Below, in pieces: positions 1-10,871 of a stretch of DNA of 64,000 bases (within the stretch, counting starts at the first letter, position 1; every line of letters starts with the position of its first letter). Under the pieces are notes generated by a model. It was not told the DNA's origin. It ran no database searches and saw only the letters and a program-made list of their open reading frames with translations. The translations under genes and the position numbers were made by a program. Source of the DNA: an uncultured delta proteobacterium (GTDB taxonomy: Bacteria; Myxococcota_A; Polyangia; Haliangiales; Haliangiaceae); contig CAWKDB010000010.1 in NCBI GenBank assembly GCA_963848295.1, forward strand, positions 3,840,001 to 3,904,000. Direction: 5' to 3'.

Positions 1-198
1 GAGGTCGACGCTGCGCGGGCCACCGTCCGAGTCGGCGCCGGCATCGCGGTGCGGCGGAGGCGGCCGCTTCGGTAAGTCCGACGACCCGCAGGCGACGAGG
101 CCCAGGACGACAAGCGCGCAGCGCATCGCGCAGATCATCGCACAACGGCCCACTCCATGTAGAACGCTGCGCGCGAGTCGGCGTGGTACCCTGGAGTT

Positions 199-744
199 AT
201 GGTTCGAAAGCGGCGCGTCGACAGCGGCTTCACGGTGGTCGAGCTCATGATCGTCGTCGCGATCATCGCGATCCTCGCCGCGGTCGCGTTGCCGTCGTTC
301 TTCGGCGAGTCGAAGAAGGCCAAGGCGCGCAGCGAGGTCAGCGCGATGTTCGGCGAGTTCGGCGTGCGCGAAGAGCAGTACAAGCTCGAGAACGGCGCGT
401 ACCTCGCGGCGGCGGCGTGTCCGGCAACGCCGGCCCAGCTCGGCCAAGACGCGTCGCCGTGCATCGCGGCCGGCCAGCCGTGGGCGAACCTCAAGGTCCA
501 GATCGATTACAGCCTGGGCAACTCGTCCGGCAATCAGCAGAACTTTCTCGGCTGCTCGTACACGATCGTCACCGGCACGGGCACCGGCACGAACAGTCCG
601 AACGGCTTCACGTTCACGTCGCCACCGGGCGCGTGGTTTTACATCCTCGCGACCTGCGACACCGACGGTAGCTCGACGCTCAACAGCACGTACTTCACGA
701 GCAGTACGATGTCCGCGGTCCAAGCGAAGAACGAAGGCTATTAG
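199..744 (+). CDS. Type IV pilin-like protein (prepilin N-terminal cleavage/methylation domain)
   Basis: Class III signal G|FTVVELMIVVAIIAILAAVA, paired Cys in the C-terminal domain. Confidence 0.9.
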   Translation: MVRKRRVDSGFTVVELMIVVAIIAILAAVALPSFFGESKKAKARSEVSAMFGEFGVREEQYKLENGAYLAAAACPATPAQLGQDASPCIAAGQPWANLKVQIDYSLGNSSGNQQNFLGCSYTIVTGTGTGTNSPNGFTFTSPPGAWFYILATCDTDGSSTLNSTYFTSSTMSAVQAKNEGY

Positions 745-788
745 TCCGGGGCGTTGCGCCGCGCGCCAGTTCGCGGTCAGATGGGGGC

Positions 789-1376
789 GTGAAACGGCTC
801 ATCTGCCTCGCGTTCGCCGCGCTCGCCGCGTGCGGCCCTGCGGTCATCAACTACGATTACGAGAAGGAGCCGGACCCGCGAAATCACGAGCTCGTGCTCG
901 GGGTCGGTGACGTCGTCGGCATCAACGTCTGGGAGAACCCTCAGCTCAACACCGAGGCGACGATTCGTCCCGACGGCACGATCACGATGCCACTGGTCGG
1001 CGATCTCAAGGCCGGCGGCGAGACTCCGACCGCGCTCAAGAATCAGATCAAGGTACGGCTCGCCGATTTCATCAAGCTCAACGGCACCGAGATCACGGTG
1101 GCGGTCCGCGCGTGGCGGAGCTACCGCTTCACGGTTCAAGGCGAGGTCACGAAGTCGGGAGTCTACTCGTCGGACGAGTACGTCACGGTCTCGGAAGCGC
1201 TCGCGATGGCCGGCGGGCTGACCCGGTTCGCGCGCCGCGACGAGATCATGGTGCTGCGCCACGACGCGCACGGCAACGAGCACGAGATTCCACTCGACTA
1301 CGACGCGCTCGCGTCCGGCAAGCGCCGCGAGATGAACATCTACGTCATGCCGGGCGATCGGATTTACGTCCCTTAG
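789..1376 (+). CDS. Polysaccharide export lipoprotein (Wza/Poly_export + SLBB)
   Basis: Lipobox LAAC; motifs IRPDGTITMPLVG, VQGEV and EALAMAGGLT. Confidence 0.85.
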   Translation: MKRLICLAFAALAACGPAVINYDYEKEPDPRNHELVLGVGDVVGINVWENPQLNTEATIRPDGTITMPLVGDLKAGGETPTALKNQIKVRLADFIKLNGTEITVAVRAWRSYRFTVQGEVTKSGVYSSDEYVTVSEALAMAGGLTRFARRDEIMVLRHDAHGNEHEIPLDYDALASGKRREMNIYVMPGDRIYVP

Positions 1377-1389
1377 GGTGCGGCGATCG

Positions 1390-2460
1390 CTAGGGCGCCG
1401 GGACCCAGACCGCCGCGCCGTCGACCACTTTCACGATCAGGGTGGGCGCGGTGGTGAACGCGCCCTCGAGCTTGGCGCGGTACAGCGACTGCGGGCCCGA
1501 CGGTAACGGAACCGCCACGTCGGGCGGGGCGTCCTCGCCTTCGCCGTCCTCGTTCGCGGCCGGCGGGGCGGCGCGTCTCTTCGCGGAGGCTTGGCGTTTG
1601 CTGCCGTCGCGGTTGCCTAGCAGGAGTGCCCACTTGCCGTCGGGGGCGATCGAGACCGCGGTGTAGCCCTTCCAGCACTTGTACTCGCCGCCGGACGCGT
1701 GGATGTCACACGCGCTCGCGTGATCCTGGAGCAGCACCCATTGGCTGTCGTGCGACCACTGGACCGGGACGCCGGCCTGGACCGACTTGCGGCGCGCACC
1801 TTGACCGTCGAGCTGGAAGCTCATCAGCACGTCGGCGGGCTTCGTGTGGTGCGTGTCGGTGAACACCGAGTCGGCATAGACCCCGAGAGCGCGCGCGCCG
1901 TCGGGACTCGGCGTGAAGCCGCGCAACGGCGCCTCGGGCGCGACCTTGATCTTCTTGCTCAGATCGCCTGGCGGTGCGAGCCACACGCCGTTCGTGTCGG
2001 CCCAGACCAGCCGGCGCTCGCCCGCCGCCCCGGTGATGCGCGCGCCTTGATCGGGGATCGGCAGCGCGAAGGTCTTGCCACTCGCCAGGTTGACGATCGT
2101 CGACGTCTTGTCGCCGGCGCGGCACAGCACGCAGGTGCCGTCGTTCGCGAGCCCGGCCGGGCCATCGCCGCATGGGAGATCGGTGAGCTGCTTCGTCGAG
2201 CCGTCGAGCGGCATCCACGCCCACTTGCCGTCGAGATCGACGAGCAACACGCGGCCGGCCACATCGGTGCGCAGCTCCCGCACGGTCGCCTTCGCGGGCA
2301 AGGTCGCGATCTCGGTCTCGAGCTTGCCGCGCGGATCGACCCGATACAGCGAGCCGCCGCGTGCGAACACGACGCTGGCTCCGGCGAATTCGTCGTCGGC
2401 GGACGCGGTGCTCGCGATCGCTAGCCCGATGGCGACCGCGAACCCCAGCGAGCGCATCAT
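1390..2460 (-). CDS. Secreted hypothetical protein, probable TolB-like beta-propeller
   Basis: Start reassigned to MMRSLGFAVAIG (signal peptide); repeated SPDG/APDG/WSHD motifs. Confidence 0.6.
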   Translation of the reverse strand: MMRSLGFAVAIGLAIASTASADDEFAGASVVFARGGSLYRVDPRGKLETEIATLPAKATVRELRTDVAGRVLLVDLDGKWAWMPLDGSTKQLTDLPCGDGPAGLANDGTCVLCRAGDKTSTIVNLASGKTFALPIPDQGARITGAAGERRLVWADTNGVWLAPPGDLSKKIKVAPEAPLRGFTPSPDGARALGVYADSVFTDTHHTKPADVLMSFQLDGQGARRKSVQAGVPVQWSHDSQWVLLQDHASACDIHASGGEYKCWKGYTAVSIAPDGKWALLLGNRDGSKRQASAKRRAAPPAANEDGEGEDAPPDVAVPLPSGPQSLYRAKLEGAFTTAPTLIVKVVDGAAVWVPAP

Positions 2461-3656
2461 CACTTCACCAGCACCGCCGCGCGCTCGGCGCGATCGGTCA
2501 GCGACGTCACGAACCGACCCTTGCCGGGCACGTCGAGCAACACCACGTCGCCGAACCGAGGGAAGTGAACGTCGAGCGCGCGCAGGCCATCGACCGAGCG
2601 CGCGTCCTTCTCGAACTGCTGCTTGGTCAGCGGCTTGCCCTCGATGAACACCTCCGACAGGAACTCGAGCGGTGCGATCCAGCTCGCGCCGTCGCGCTGC
2701 ATCTTGTCGCGGGTCGCGCCGGGGAGGTTGTCCGAGCGCCGGACGACGGTGTCCCAATCGCGCTTGCCGAGTGCCGCGACGACGTCGAGGTCGAAGCGCT
2801 CGGCCGGGAACACGATCACGATCGTGCCATCGACCTCTTTGACCGCGATCGGCGGGCCCTTGGGCTCGGGCTTCGCGGCGGGAGCCGGCGTGGCCTTCGC
2901 CGCAGGAGCCGCGGTGGGCTTCGCGACCGCGGCGGGAGCCGGCGGTGGCGTCTTGGCGAGGGGGGCGCCCGGGATCATCGACAGCTTGTCGACCGCGGCG
3001 AGCTGCTGCTCGAGCTGAGCCGACTTGCGCAGGTCCCACGTGCCATCGGCTTCGAGCATGTCGACGACGAACAGCTCGCCCCGGCGCTCGAACGACACGC
3101 CGGTCAGCAAGCTCAGGATCTGCTGCTCGTCCATCTCGTCGAGCCGCTTCTCGTACGCGAGCAGCTTCGCTTCGAACTCCTTCTGCGACAACGGCGTCTG
3201 GCGGCGCTTGCCGTCGATATCGACCTGCGGATCGAGCACGTACGGGAGCAGCGCGATGCCGCGCAGGTCGCGCGCCGATCGCGTCACGATCACCGCATCG
3301 CCCCAGCTGCCGAGCACGAACAGCCGGCCGAGCCGGAGGGGCAGCGCCGCGCAGATCGCGATCAGTTGCTCCTTCGCGGGCCGGAGATCCGTGTTGATCA
3401 GCGGATCGACGGTCGGATCGGCGCGCGGGGTGACGACCTTGTCGTCGATGATCATCAGCCGGCGCTCGCCGCGATGGCGGAACGGCATCGACGGCGACAG
3501 CTCCATCTCGGCGCGCGGATCGAGTCGGTCGACGTCGAGCAGCTGCTTGGTCTCGAGCGCGTCCTGGCCGCCGAGCCCGTCGATCAGCGTCTTCTGATCG
3601 ATGGCCGCATTGGCGTTGAAGATGAGGTCGATGACGAGGCTATCGAGCTGCAGCAT
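2460..3656 (-). CDS. Hypothetical cytoplasmic protein with Pro/Ala linker
   Basis: 398-aa ORF with host-like codon usage, abuts the next gene. Confidence 0.7.
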   Translation of the reverse strand: MLQLDSLVIDLIFNANAAIDQKTLIDGLGGQDALETKQLLDVDRLDPRAEMELSPSMPFRHRGERRLMIIDDKVVTPRADPTVDPLINTDLRPAKEQLIAICAALPLRLGRLFVLGSWGDAVIVTRSARDLRGIALLPYVLDPQVDIDGKRRQTPLSQKEFEAKLLAYEKRLDEMDEQQILSLLTGVSFERRGELFVVDMLEADGTWDLRKSAQLEQQLAAVDKLSMIPGAPLAKTPPPAPAAVAKPTAAPAAKATPAPAAKPEPKGPPIAVKEVDGTIVIVFPAERFDLDVVAALGKRDWDTVVRRSDNLPGATRDKMQRDGASWIAPLEFLSEVFIEGKPLTKQQFEKDARSVDGLRALDVHFPRFGDVVLLDVPGKGRFVTSLTDRAERAAVLVK

Positions 3657-3677
3657 GTTCGCGGTCCTCGCGCTTAT

Positions 3678-6175
3678 CTATAGATACCCGCTGCGCTGGC
3701 GCAAGAGCCACTCCAGCCCCAAAAGGCCGATCACGAGCACGAGCAGCCCGGGCCGGCTCCACAGCTCGACGTCGGTCCGGCGGTCGACGCGGACGATCCG
3801 CGGGGGATCGAAGGCCAGATCTGAAGGCAGCTCGTCGATCGCGCCGAGCGCGGTCCCGCCGGTCGCCTGCGCGATGGCCTCGAGGTTCGCCGGGTCGCCG
3901 ACCGGGCGATCCAGCTCGGTGCCGCCGTCGCGCACGAGAAAGATGTCGCTGGCGTCGACCTGGTGGCCCGCGATCAGCGCGTGGCCCTGGACCCGATACA
4001 CGCCGGGCTGCAGCGCGCCGAGCTCGTAGACCGAGGTGCCGTCGTCGCCCACCGTGACCACGCCGGTCTGGACTTGCTCGGCGCGCGCGGGATCGGCTCC
4101 GCGCTTGACCACCAGCGACACGACGCCGTGGGCGAGCGGTTGATAATCGCGGCCGAGCAAGCGCACCGCGACCCGCACGGGAGCACCCGGCACGTACTCG
4201 ACCGCATCGCTATCGACGTGGAGATTGCGCAGATCCGGATCCTGGATCAGCCAGCGCATCGCGTTCTCCCAGAACTTCGTGTACTGGCGGCCGTCGTCAC
4301 CCGGACGCGCCGCCGCGACGAACCCGTAGCGCCACAGCGAGTCGGTCGTGATCGCGAGCGACCGCCCCTTACCGTAGTCGCCGACCGATGATCACCGGCA
4401 TCGGCTTGCCGCTCTTCGTACGCAGGCGAGGGTCGACCGCGAGCACCGTCGCGTCGGGCTTCGCGCCCGCGACGAGGTTCACGCCTTCGAGCGGCGGCAG
4501 CGCGCGCCAGGCAGCGACGTTGTCTTCGGGCGCATAGCGCAGCGCGGTCACCGGATGGACCTGACCGGCGTCGGTGAGCTGCGGCGAGAACTTCTGCGTA
4601 TCGAGGATCGAGCCGGGATCCGCCTGCGGGTACAGCTCGACCGGAAGCGCAGCCGCGACCGGCGTGCCGTAATAGCCGCCCGAAGTGAACGAGGTCGTGC
4701 CCCCGAGCATCGCGAGCCCCCCGCCACCTTCGACGTAGCTGCGAATGTTCTCGAGGTAGGCGCCGATGCCGTAGGGCAGGTACTCGAAGTCCTGCAGGAT
4801 GATGAGATCGAACGACGGCAGCTGTTGCTCGAACAGCTCGTGAGTCGGAAACGGGATCAGCGACATCTCGTCGTTCGGCACCAGCGACACGTCGTCTTGC
4901 GTGCGCAAGATGAAGAACGAGATCAGATCGACGTTCGGGTTGCTCTTCAGCATCTGGCGCAGCGCGCGCACGTCCCACGACGGCGCGCCGGCGACCTGCA
5001 GCACGCGAATCTTGTCGCGGATCACGCGGATCACGAAGCTGCGCGTGTTGTTCGTCGTGACCGCTTCACCCGGCGCGACCGGCACCGAGATCTCGTAGAC
5101 GTAGCGGCCGACGCGCGGCGGAGTGACCTCGAACGTGACCGCGACGTCGTGCGCGCCGGCCGGCATGTCGACGAGCTTTTGGCGAAGCGGTTGACCATCG
5201 GTCGACAGCGTGACCGGGATCTGGCGCGCGGGCAGGCCGGTCGTGCGGATCACCGCCTCGATCCGGACGACCGTGCGCACGAACGCGAACTCGTCGGCCA
5301 TGACCTTCGCGACCGCGACATCGCGCAAGCCGTCGCGTGCCGCCCACACCGTGTGGACCTTGGTGTCGAGCGAGCTGCAAGAAGTCGCGCACCGCACCGT
5401 CGCCGGAGTCTTCGTCGAAGCTGCCGGTCGCCGCGCCGTCCGAGATCAACACGATGCCGGCGAGGTCATGGCCTTCGTAGCGCGCGCGCACGTTCTCGAG
5501 AGCTTTGCGGATCAGCGTCGACTTGCCCTTCGCCGGGTCGGACGCGAGCGCTTGCGGCGTCGTCGCGACGATCGTGTCGCTGAACGTGTAGTAGTCGATC
5601 TTGTGCTCGGTCTCCCACGCGGCGAGCGTGCCGTGAGAATCCGCGATCAATCGGCGCGCGCGTTCGATCCGCGTCGGGCCGGCGCTGTCCTCGGCGAGCG
5701 CCATCGACCCCGAGTCATCGATCAGCACCGCGATCCGATTCGGCTCGCGCGCGACCTGGCGGAGCTCGACCGCCGGCTCGAGAAACACGACGAGCGCGAC
5801 GACCGCGGCACCGGCGCGCAACCCGATCATCAAGGCGCGTCGCCACGCCGGAGCGTTGCGCGACGCCCGCCATGCGAGCCCGACGATGGCGATCACGGCG
5901 AGCCCGCCGAGCGCGAGCCCGACTCGCCCCCACGGCGACAGGAACACCCAGCGGTAGTCGTTGAACTCCGACGCGCCGGGCGCGGCCAACCGCACGGTCA
6001 GTGCGACGAGCCCTTCACCGCCGACCGCACCGCCGGCGAGCAACGCCGCCACGCCGAGCGCCGCACCGAGCCGGCCGCGACCCGCCCGGACGACGAGCAC
6101 GGTGAGCAGCGCGAGCGCGGCCGCGGCGCCGAGCAAGCCGTAGCGGACGAGCGGCGAAAACAGCGAGATGTTCAT
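3678..6175 (-). CDS. Membrane protein with vWA-like and glutamine amidotransferase-like (DUF1355-type) domains; two frameshifts
   Basis: ORFs 5066-6175, 4369-5397 and 3678-4259 join into one protein (LIDDSGSM, LISDG, YVEGGGGLAMLGG, EWLLR end); breaks near 5374 and 4385. Confidence 0.7.
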
Positions 6176-6995
6176 CGCTTCGGCGTCAGCGCTGGAGGGA
6201 TCACGATCGCCGGCTGTTGCGCCCCGTCATCCGGCTTCCACCGGCGTCGCTTCATGATGAACGGCACGTGGACCTGATCCGACTTGTAGTCGAGACACAG
6301 CGCGTACATCACGAGATTGACGCCCATGCGAAACGCGAGCTCGCGCTGGCGTTCGCCGCCGGGCTCGCACGGGAAGTCGTAGTTGCCGAAGTCGTCGCGA
6401 GCCCACGCGCCGCCGAGATCGTTCGCGATGTAGGCGCACACGAGCCGGCCGTCGCGTACGACGCCTTCCATCGCGGGCGCGATCGCGAGCCGGCCGAGCG
6501 GCTTGTCGAGCAGGTAGAAGCTCTTGAACACGACGTGGTCGGTCGGAATGATCTCGAGCGCCTTATCGGGTGGCGGGAAGATCTCCGCGATCAGCTTGCG
6601 CACCGAGCCGTCGAACGCGCCGTCGGTCGTGCCCTCCGCGTTATCGACGAGCAAGAACCCGCCGAAGGTCAAGAATCGGCGCAGCGCCTCGATCCCCGCG
6701 GTGGTCGGTAGATCGAGCTCGCGCTCGCCCGCGAGATAGAGGAACGGCGTCTCGTGCAGCGCGTCGGACAGTCGGCGTGACGGTCACCGGCTCGAGCTCG
6801 ACATCGACCGACGGTACGCTTTTCGATCTCCCAGGCCATGCGACGCAGCGCGGTCGGGCGCGGGTTCCACGTCGTGCCCGTGCCCAGCTGGAGCTGGCCG
6901 AACCGGAACTTCGAGCCCGGGCCGATCGCGCGCGCGAGCTTCGAATACGCCAACCCCGCGGCGATGCCGGCGAGGAGGTGGCGGCGCGTGATCAT
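6172..6995 (-). CDS. DUF4159-family protein with Tat-like leader; two frameshifts
   Basis: MITRRHLL leader; PFLYLAG, GGFLLVDN, NDLGGAW and AFRMGVNLVMYAL motifs; +1 insertions near 6812 and 6772. Confidence 0.7.
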
Positions 6996-7050
6996 CCTGG
7001 GCAGCCTAGCACCACCTCCTCGATGGCACCGGCGTGTTAGCGTCTCCGCG

Positions 7051-7770
7051 ATGCGGTTCGTCCTCGCGCTAGCGCTGCTCGCAATCCCAGTCGGTGCAGG
7101 CGCAGACTCAGGGCCGATCGCCCCGGCGAAGGACGACGGCACGCCGCCTGCCGCGACGCCACCGGCGCCCCGAGAGGAGCCACCCACGACCGGACCGGCG
7201 TTCCCGTCGCGGCTACCTCCCGAGCGCTACAGCCACCGCCACCAGCTCGGGCTGTCGCTGCGCTTGCCGATCGGCCTGCGGGCGATCGTCACGTACAAGG
7301 ACACCGACTACTGCGGCGCGACCTCGGACACCGGCGCGGGGTACGCGACGGCCTGCCTCGATCTCGCGCCGATTCCGCTCGACCTCGAGGTCTCGTACGG
7401 CGTCGCCGACTCGGTCGAGCTGTTGGTCGAGACTCGGTTCGGCATCACGCGCGACTTCCCGTCGAAGCCGAGCCTCGATGATGGGCCGCGCGAGGTCCAG
7501 CTCGCGCCTGGTGCCCGGTTCTTCTTCAGCGAGTCCGGGCGCAGCAAGTTGTTCCTGACGACGCAGCTCGTCCTCGACTTCACGGACTACAAAGACGAAG
7601 CCGGCGCGTCTCGCGGCACCGAAATCGGCGGGCGCAGCATCCAAGGCTGGTGGCTCGACCTCCATCACGCGTACGGGTTCTACGTGTTCGTCGGCGAGAC
7701 CGCGATCTTCGGCCCATGGATCGACATCGACCTCGAGGCGGGGATCGGGATCCAGGGCCGCTATCCTTGA
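7051..7770 (+). CDS. Probable outer-membrane beta-barrel protein
   Basis: Signal peptide MRFVLALALLA, alternating beta-strand pattern, terminal GIQGRYP. Confidence 0.6.
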   Translation: MRFVLALALLAIPVGAGADSGPIAPAKDDGTPPAATPPAPREEPPTTGPAFPSRLPPERYSHRHQLGLSLRLPIGLRAIVTYKDTDYCGATSDTGAGYATACLDLAPIPLDLEVSYGVADSVELLVETRFGITRDFPSKPSLDDGPREVQLAPGARFFFSESGRSKLFLTTQLVLDFTDYKDEAGASRGTEIGGRSIQGWWLDLHHAYGFYVFVGETAIFGPWIDIDLEAGIGIQGRYP

Positions 7771-7817
7771 GCGCTGATCGAACCGGCGCTGCGGGTCCCG
7801 GGCAAGCCGAGACCGTC

Positions 7818-8546
7818 GTGGCCGACTTCTCGGCGCTCGCCGCACGCTACGCTTCGTTTCGCCCGCACTATCCGGCCGCGTTGGCCGGCGCGCTCGCCGA
7901 GCGCTGTACCCGTCGCGACCTCGCGGTCGATCTCGGGTGCGGCAGCGGGCAGCTCACGATCGATCTCGCGCCCCACTTCGAGCGCGTGATCGGGGTCGAT
8001 CCGTCGCAGGCCCTGCTCGCGATCGCGCCGCCGGTAGCCGGCGTCGAGTACGTCTGTGCCTCCGCCGAAGCGACCGGCTTGCCCGCCGCGAGCGCGGATC
8101 TCGTCGTCGCGGCACAGGCCGCTCATTGGTTCGACTGGCCGCGGTTCGTCGCCGAGGTCGCGCGCATCGCTCGCCCCGGCGCGCTCGTCGCGCTCGTCAG
8201 CTACGGCGTGCAACGGCTCGACGGCGACGCGATGGTCGCGATGGACCATTACCGCGCGGCGGTCGCGCCTTATTGGCCGGCGGGGCGAGAGCATGTCGAG
8301 AACGGCTATCGCGACCTCCTGCTGCCATGGCCCGCCGTCGAGGCGCCCGCGAGAGAGATGGTCGAGGCTTGGACGCGTGACGAGCTCGTGGGCTATGTCT
8401 CGAGTTGGTCGGCGACCCATCGCATGGTCCAACGCGTCGGCTCGGCCGCGTTCGATGCGTTCGTCGCCGAGCTCGCCGTGACATGGCCCGGCGACGAGCG
8501 CCGGCCGGTGCGCTGGCCGCTCGCGATCAAGCTCGCGCGGCGCTGA
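7818..8546 (+). CDS. Class I SAM-dependent methyltransferase (alternative start TTG 7767)
   Basis: VDLGCGSG motif I and AQAAHWF. Confidence 0.85.
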   Translation: MADFSALAARYASFRPHYPAALAGALAERCTRRDLAVDLGCGSGQLTIDLAPHFERVIGVDPSQALLAIAPPVAGVEYVCASAEATGLPAASADLVVAAQAAHWFDWPRFVAEVARIARPGALVALVSYGVQRLDGDAMVAMDHYRAAVAPYWPAGREHVENGYRDLLLPWPAVEAPAREMVEAWTRDELVGYVSSWSATHRMVQRVGSAAFDAFVAELAVTWPGDERRPVRWPLAIKLARR

Positions 8547-8548
8547 GA

Positions 8549-10324
8549 TCAGTTCTTCGCGGTGGTCGGCGGGTCCGGTGCGTCGTTCTCCGGCGCTTCG
8601 GGGTCGCCGTCGACCCACACCTTGGTCTTGCGGCCGGCCATCCGGCCGAACAGCTCGACGAACAGGCCGTCGATGTGCGGCCACTCGAGGTACATGTTCA
8701 TGTTCTCTTCGAGCAGGCGCGCCATGTCGCTCGCCTTCTTGAGATTCTCGCGATCGCTGTCGGAGAGATCGGCGTCGGGCAGCTCCTCGCCGAGCACGGC
8801 GCTCCGCACGAACTGCGGGGTCAGCGCGCGGACCTGGTCGCGCTGCGCGAGTAGAGCGTCGAGCTTTTCGGCGCGGGCAGGCGTCACCGCGACCGCGGCG
8901 TGGCAGGTCGGCCCTGGATCCTGGCCATCGCTGCCGCCGACGCCCTCATACGTCGGCTTGGCGCGGCGCCGTGCGTCGGTGTAGAGCGCGCCGTGCAGCG
9001 GCACGAGATCGCCGCGGTGCGCGTACTCCTTGCGCTTCGCGTTCCAGTTGCAGTCGGCCGAGGTCCAGCTGCCGTCGTCGCCGTGGACGAGCTTGTTGCC
9101 GTCCTGGTCGTACATCAGGTCGAGGCCGTACGAGCTCACCGCGTAGATCCGTTCGCCGTCGAGCGCGTACATGTCGAGGGTCTGCAGCTCGCTGTTCACG
9201 GTGCCGCGATGGCTCGTGTGCTTGATCTCGCCGGGGCGCGCGGTGATGTCGAGCATGAAGCCTTCGCCGCCGTCGACCGCCCAATCGGTGTCGTGCCACT
9301 GCGACGGTGTCTCGGTCCAGGTCGTCGCGAGCAGCTCGCCGTGGTCGTCGAAGTGCTTCCACTTGCCGGTGACCTTGCCGTTCGCCGCGAACTTGCCGAT
9401 CGCGATCGGCGTCTTGTCGGGCGTGTCGTAATAGAAGTGCCACAGGCCGTAGCGATTGCCGTGCGAGAACCGGCCCTCTGCGGCGAGCGCGCCGCTCGGG
9501 TGAAACAGCTGCCATGGACCATCGGCGACGTTGTCGACGTACGGGCCCTGGCCGAACGTCTTGCCGTCGTCGTAGAGCGCGGTCCACATGCCGGCGCCGT
9601 GTTTCATCGTGCCCCGGCCGACGATCTGCTCGGCGGTCTTGTCGTTACCAGGCGAGATCGCGACCCAGTCGCCCTCCATCTTGCCGTGCTCGAAGACGCC
9701 GCGAGAGTTCAGCTTGTTGTACGGGCCGTCGGCGGGCTTGTACTTCGCGAGGTCCCACGTTCGCCACGTGTTGACCTCGGGCTCGGTGTACGCCGGCTGG
9801 ATGTGCGCGATCTCGTCGAGCGTGAACCCCGAGCCGGCGACCCAAGCGGCGACCTCGGGCATCGCCTTCGCGATGTCCTCGATGTAGTCGTAGCGATGCT
9901 GTTTCGCGATCCGCTGCGGCAGCTCGTGGTTCGTCGTCTGCTGGATCAGGTAGCCGACCGCGCAGATCGTGCCTTCGTCGTCGATGAACACCGGCGTGCG
10001 CCACGGTACGTGCTCGTTTTTCGGCGTCGTGAACTTCGCGATGTACGCGTCGAAGTCCGCGAGGATCTCGGCGCGCCGGGCTTGGAGCTCGGGCTTGGTC
10101 GCCGGTCGCGAAGCGAGCCAGTCGCGGACGAACTGCAGGTGCTGATGCATGCGATCGCGCTCGGTCGCGTGCACATCGACGTTGTGGCCGTACTTCGCGA
10201 TGAACGAGTCATCGCCGATATGATGGTTCGCGCCGACTCGAACGTGCGAGGTCGGTGGCGGCGGCACGGCGAATGCGGTCGAGGCGGCAAGCAGGAACGG
10301 GACTGCGAGCAGGGATTCGCGCAT
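8549..10324 (-). CDS. Secreted protein with uncharacterised N-terminal domain and MORN-variant (YwqK-like) repeats
   Basis: Signal peptide; repeats GMWTALYDDG, GPWQLFHPSG, GLWHFYYD, GKWKHFDDHG. Confidence 0.65.
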   Translation of the reverse strand: MRESLLAVPFLLAASTAFAVPPPPTSHVRVGANHHIGDDSFIAKYGHNVDVHATERDRMHQHLQFVRDWLASRPATKPELQARRAEILADFDAYIAKFTTPKNEHVPWRTPVFIDDEGTICAVGYLIQQTTNHELPQRIAKQHRYDYIEDIAKAMPEVAAWVAGSGFTLDEIAHIQPAYTEPEVNTWRTWDLAKYKPADGPYNKLNSRGVFEHGKMEGDWVAISPGNDKTAEQIVGRGTMKHGAGMWTALYDDGKTFGQGPYVDNVADGPWQLFHPSGALAAEGRFSHGNRYGLWHFYYDTPDKTPIAIGKFAANGKVTGKWKHFDDHGELLATTWTETPSQWHDTDWAVDGGEGFMLDITARPGEIKHTSHRGTVNSELQTLDMYALDGERIYAVSSYGLDLMYDQDGNKLVHGDDGSWTSADCNWNAKRKEYAHRGDLVPLHGALYTDARRRAKPTYEGVGGSDGQDPGPTCHAAVAVTPARAEKLDALLAQRDQVRALTPQFVRSAVLGEELPDADLSDSDRENLKKASDMARLLEENMNMYLEWPHIDGLFVELFGRMAGRKTKVWVDGDPEAPENDAPDPPTTAKN

Positions 10325-10406
10325 GTCCGAGGCAACGCGCGGTCGGAGCCTCCTATTCTCGGGCCGCGCGCCTACATGTCGGCCCCGAGGCGAGGCACGA
10401 TGGCGC

Positions 10407-10844
10407 GTGGCCGAGCCGAGATTTCTGCGCGCGCTGATCGTGCTCCTATGGATCGCGTTCGCGGTCGTGGTCGCGTATTGGGTCGTGTGGTTCTTCGTCG
10501 ACCGCAGCGCGCTCGCGAGTCTCGATACGCCGTCGTACTTCGCGTTCGAGAATTCGTTCCCGGTCGCCGACGGCTGGCTCGCGATCACGTGGGCGGCGTC
10601 GGCCGCGATGCTCGGCGCGCGCCGGCCGAGCGCGATGTTCTGGCTGCTCGTCGCGGGCAGCGCGAGCCTCTACCTCGGCTTCATGGACATCCTGTTCGAC
10701 CTCGAGAACGGCGTCTACGGCGCGCCCGACGCCGGCGCGGTCATCACCGAGATCGTCATCAACGTCAGCTCGCTCGCGATCGGCGCGTGGACCTTGTGGT
10801 TCGGTTGGTTTCACCGCCGATGGTTCATGCAGCTGCGCGCGTAG
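10407..10844 (+). CDS. Hypothetical four-helix membrane protein
   Basis: Four hydrophobic segments, FENSFPVADGW. Confidence 0.65.
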   Translation: MAEPRFLRALIVLLWIAFAVVVAYWVVWFFVDRSALASLDTPSYFAFENSFPVADGWLAITWAASAAMLGARRPSAMFWLLVAGSASLYLGFMDILFDLENGVYGAPDAGAVITEIVINVSSLAIGAWTLWFGWFHRRWFMQLRA

Positions 10845-10871
10845 TCACGGTCGTTTGCTACATTGCGGCGA

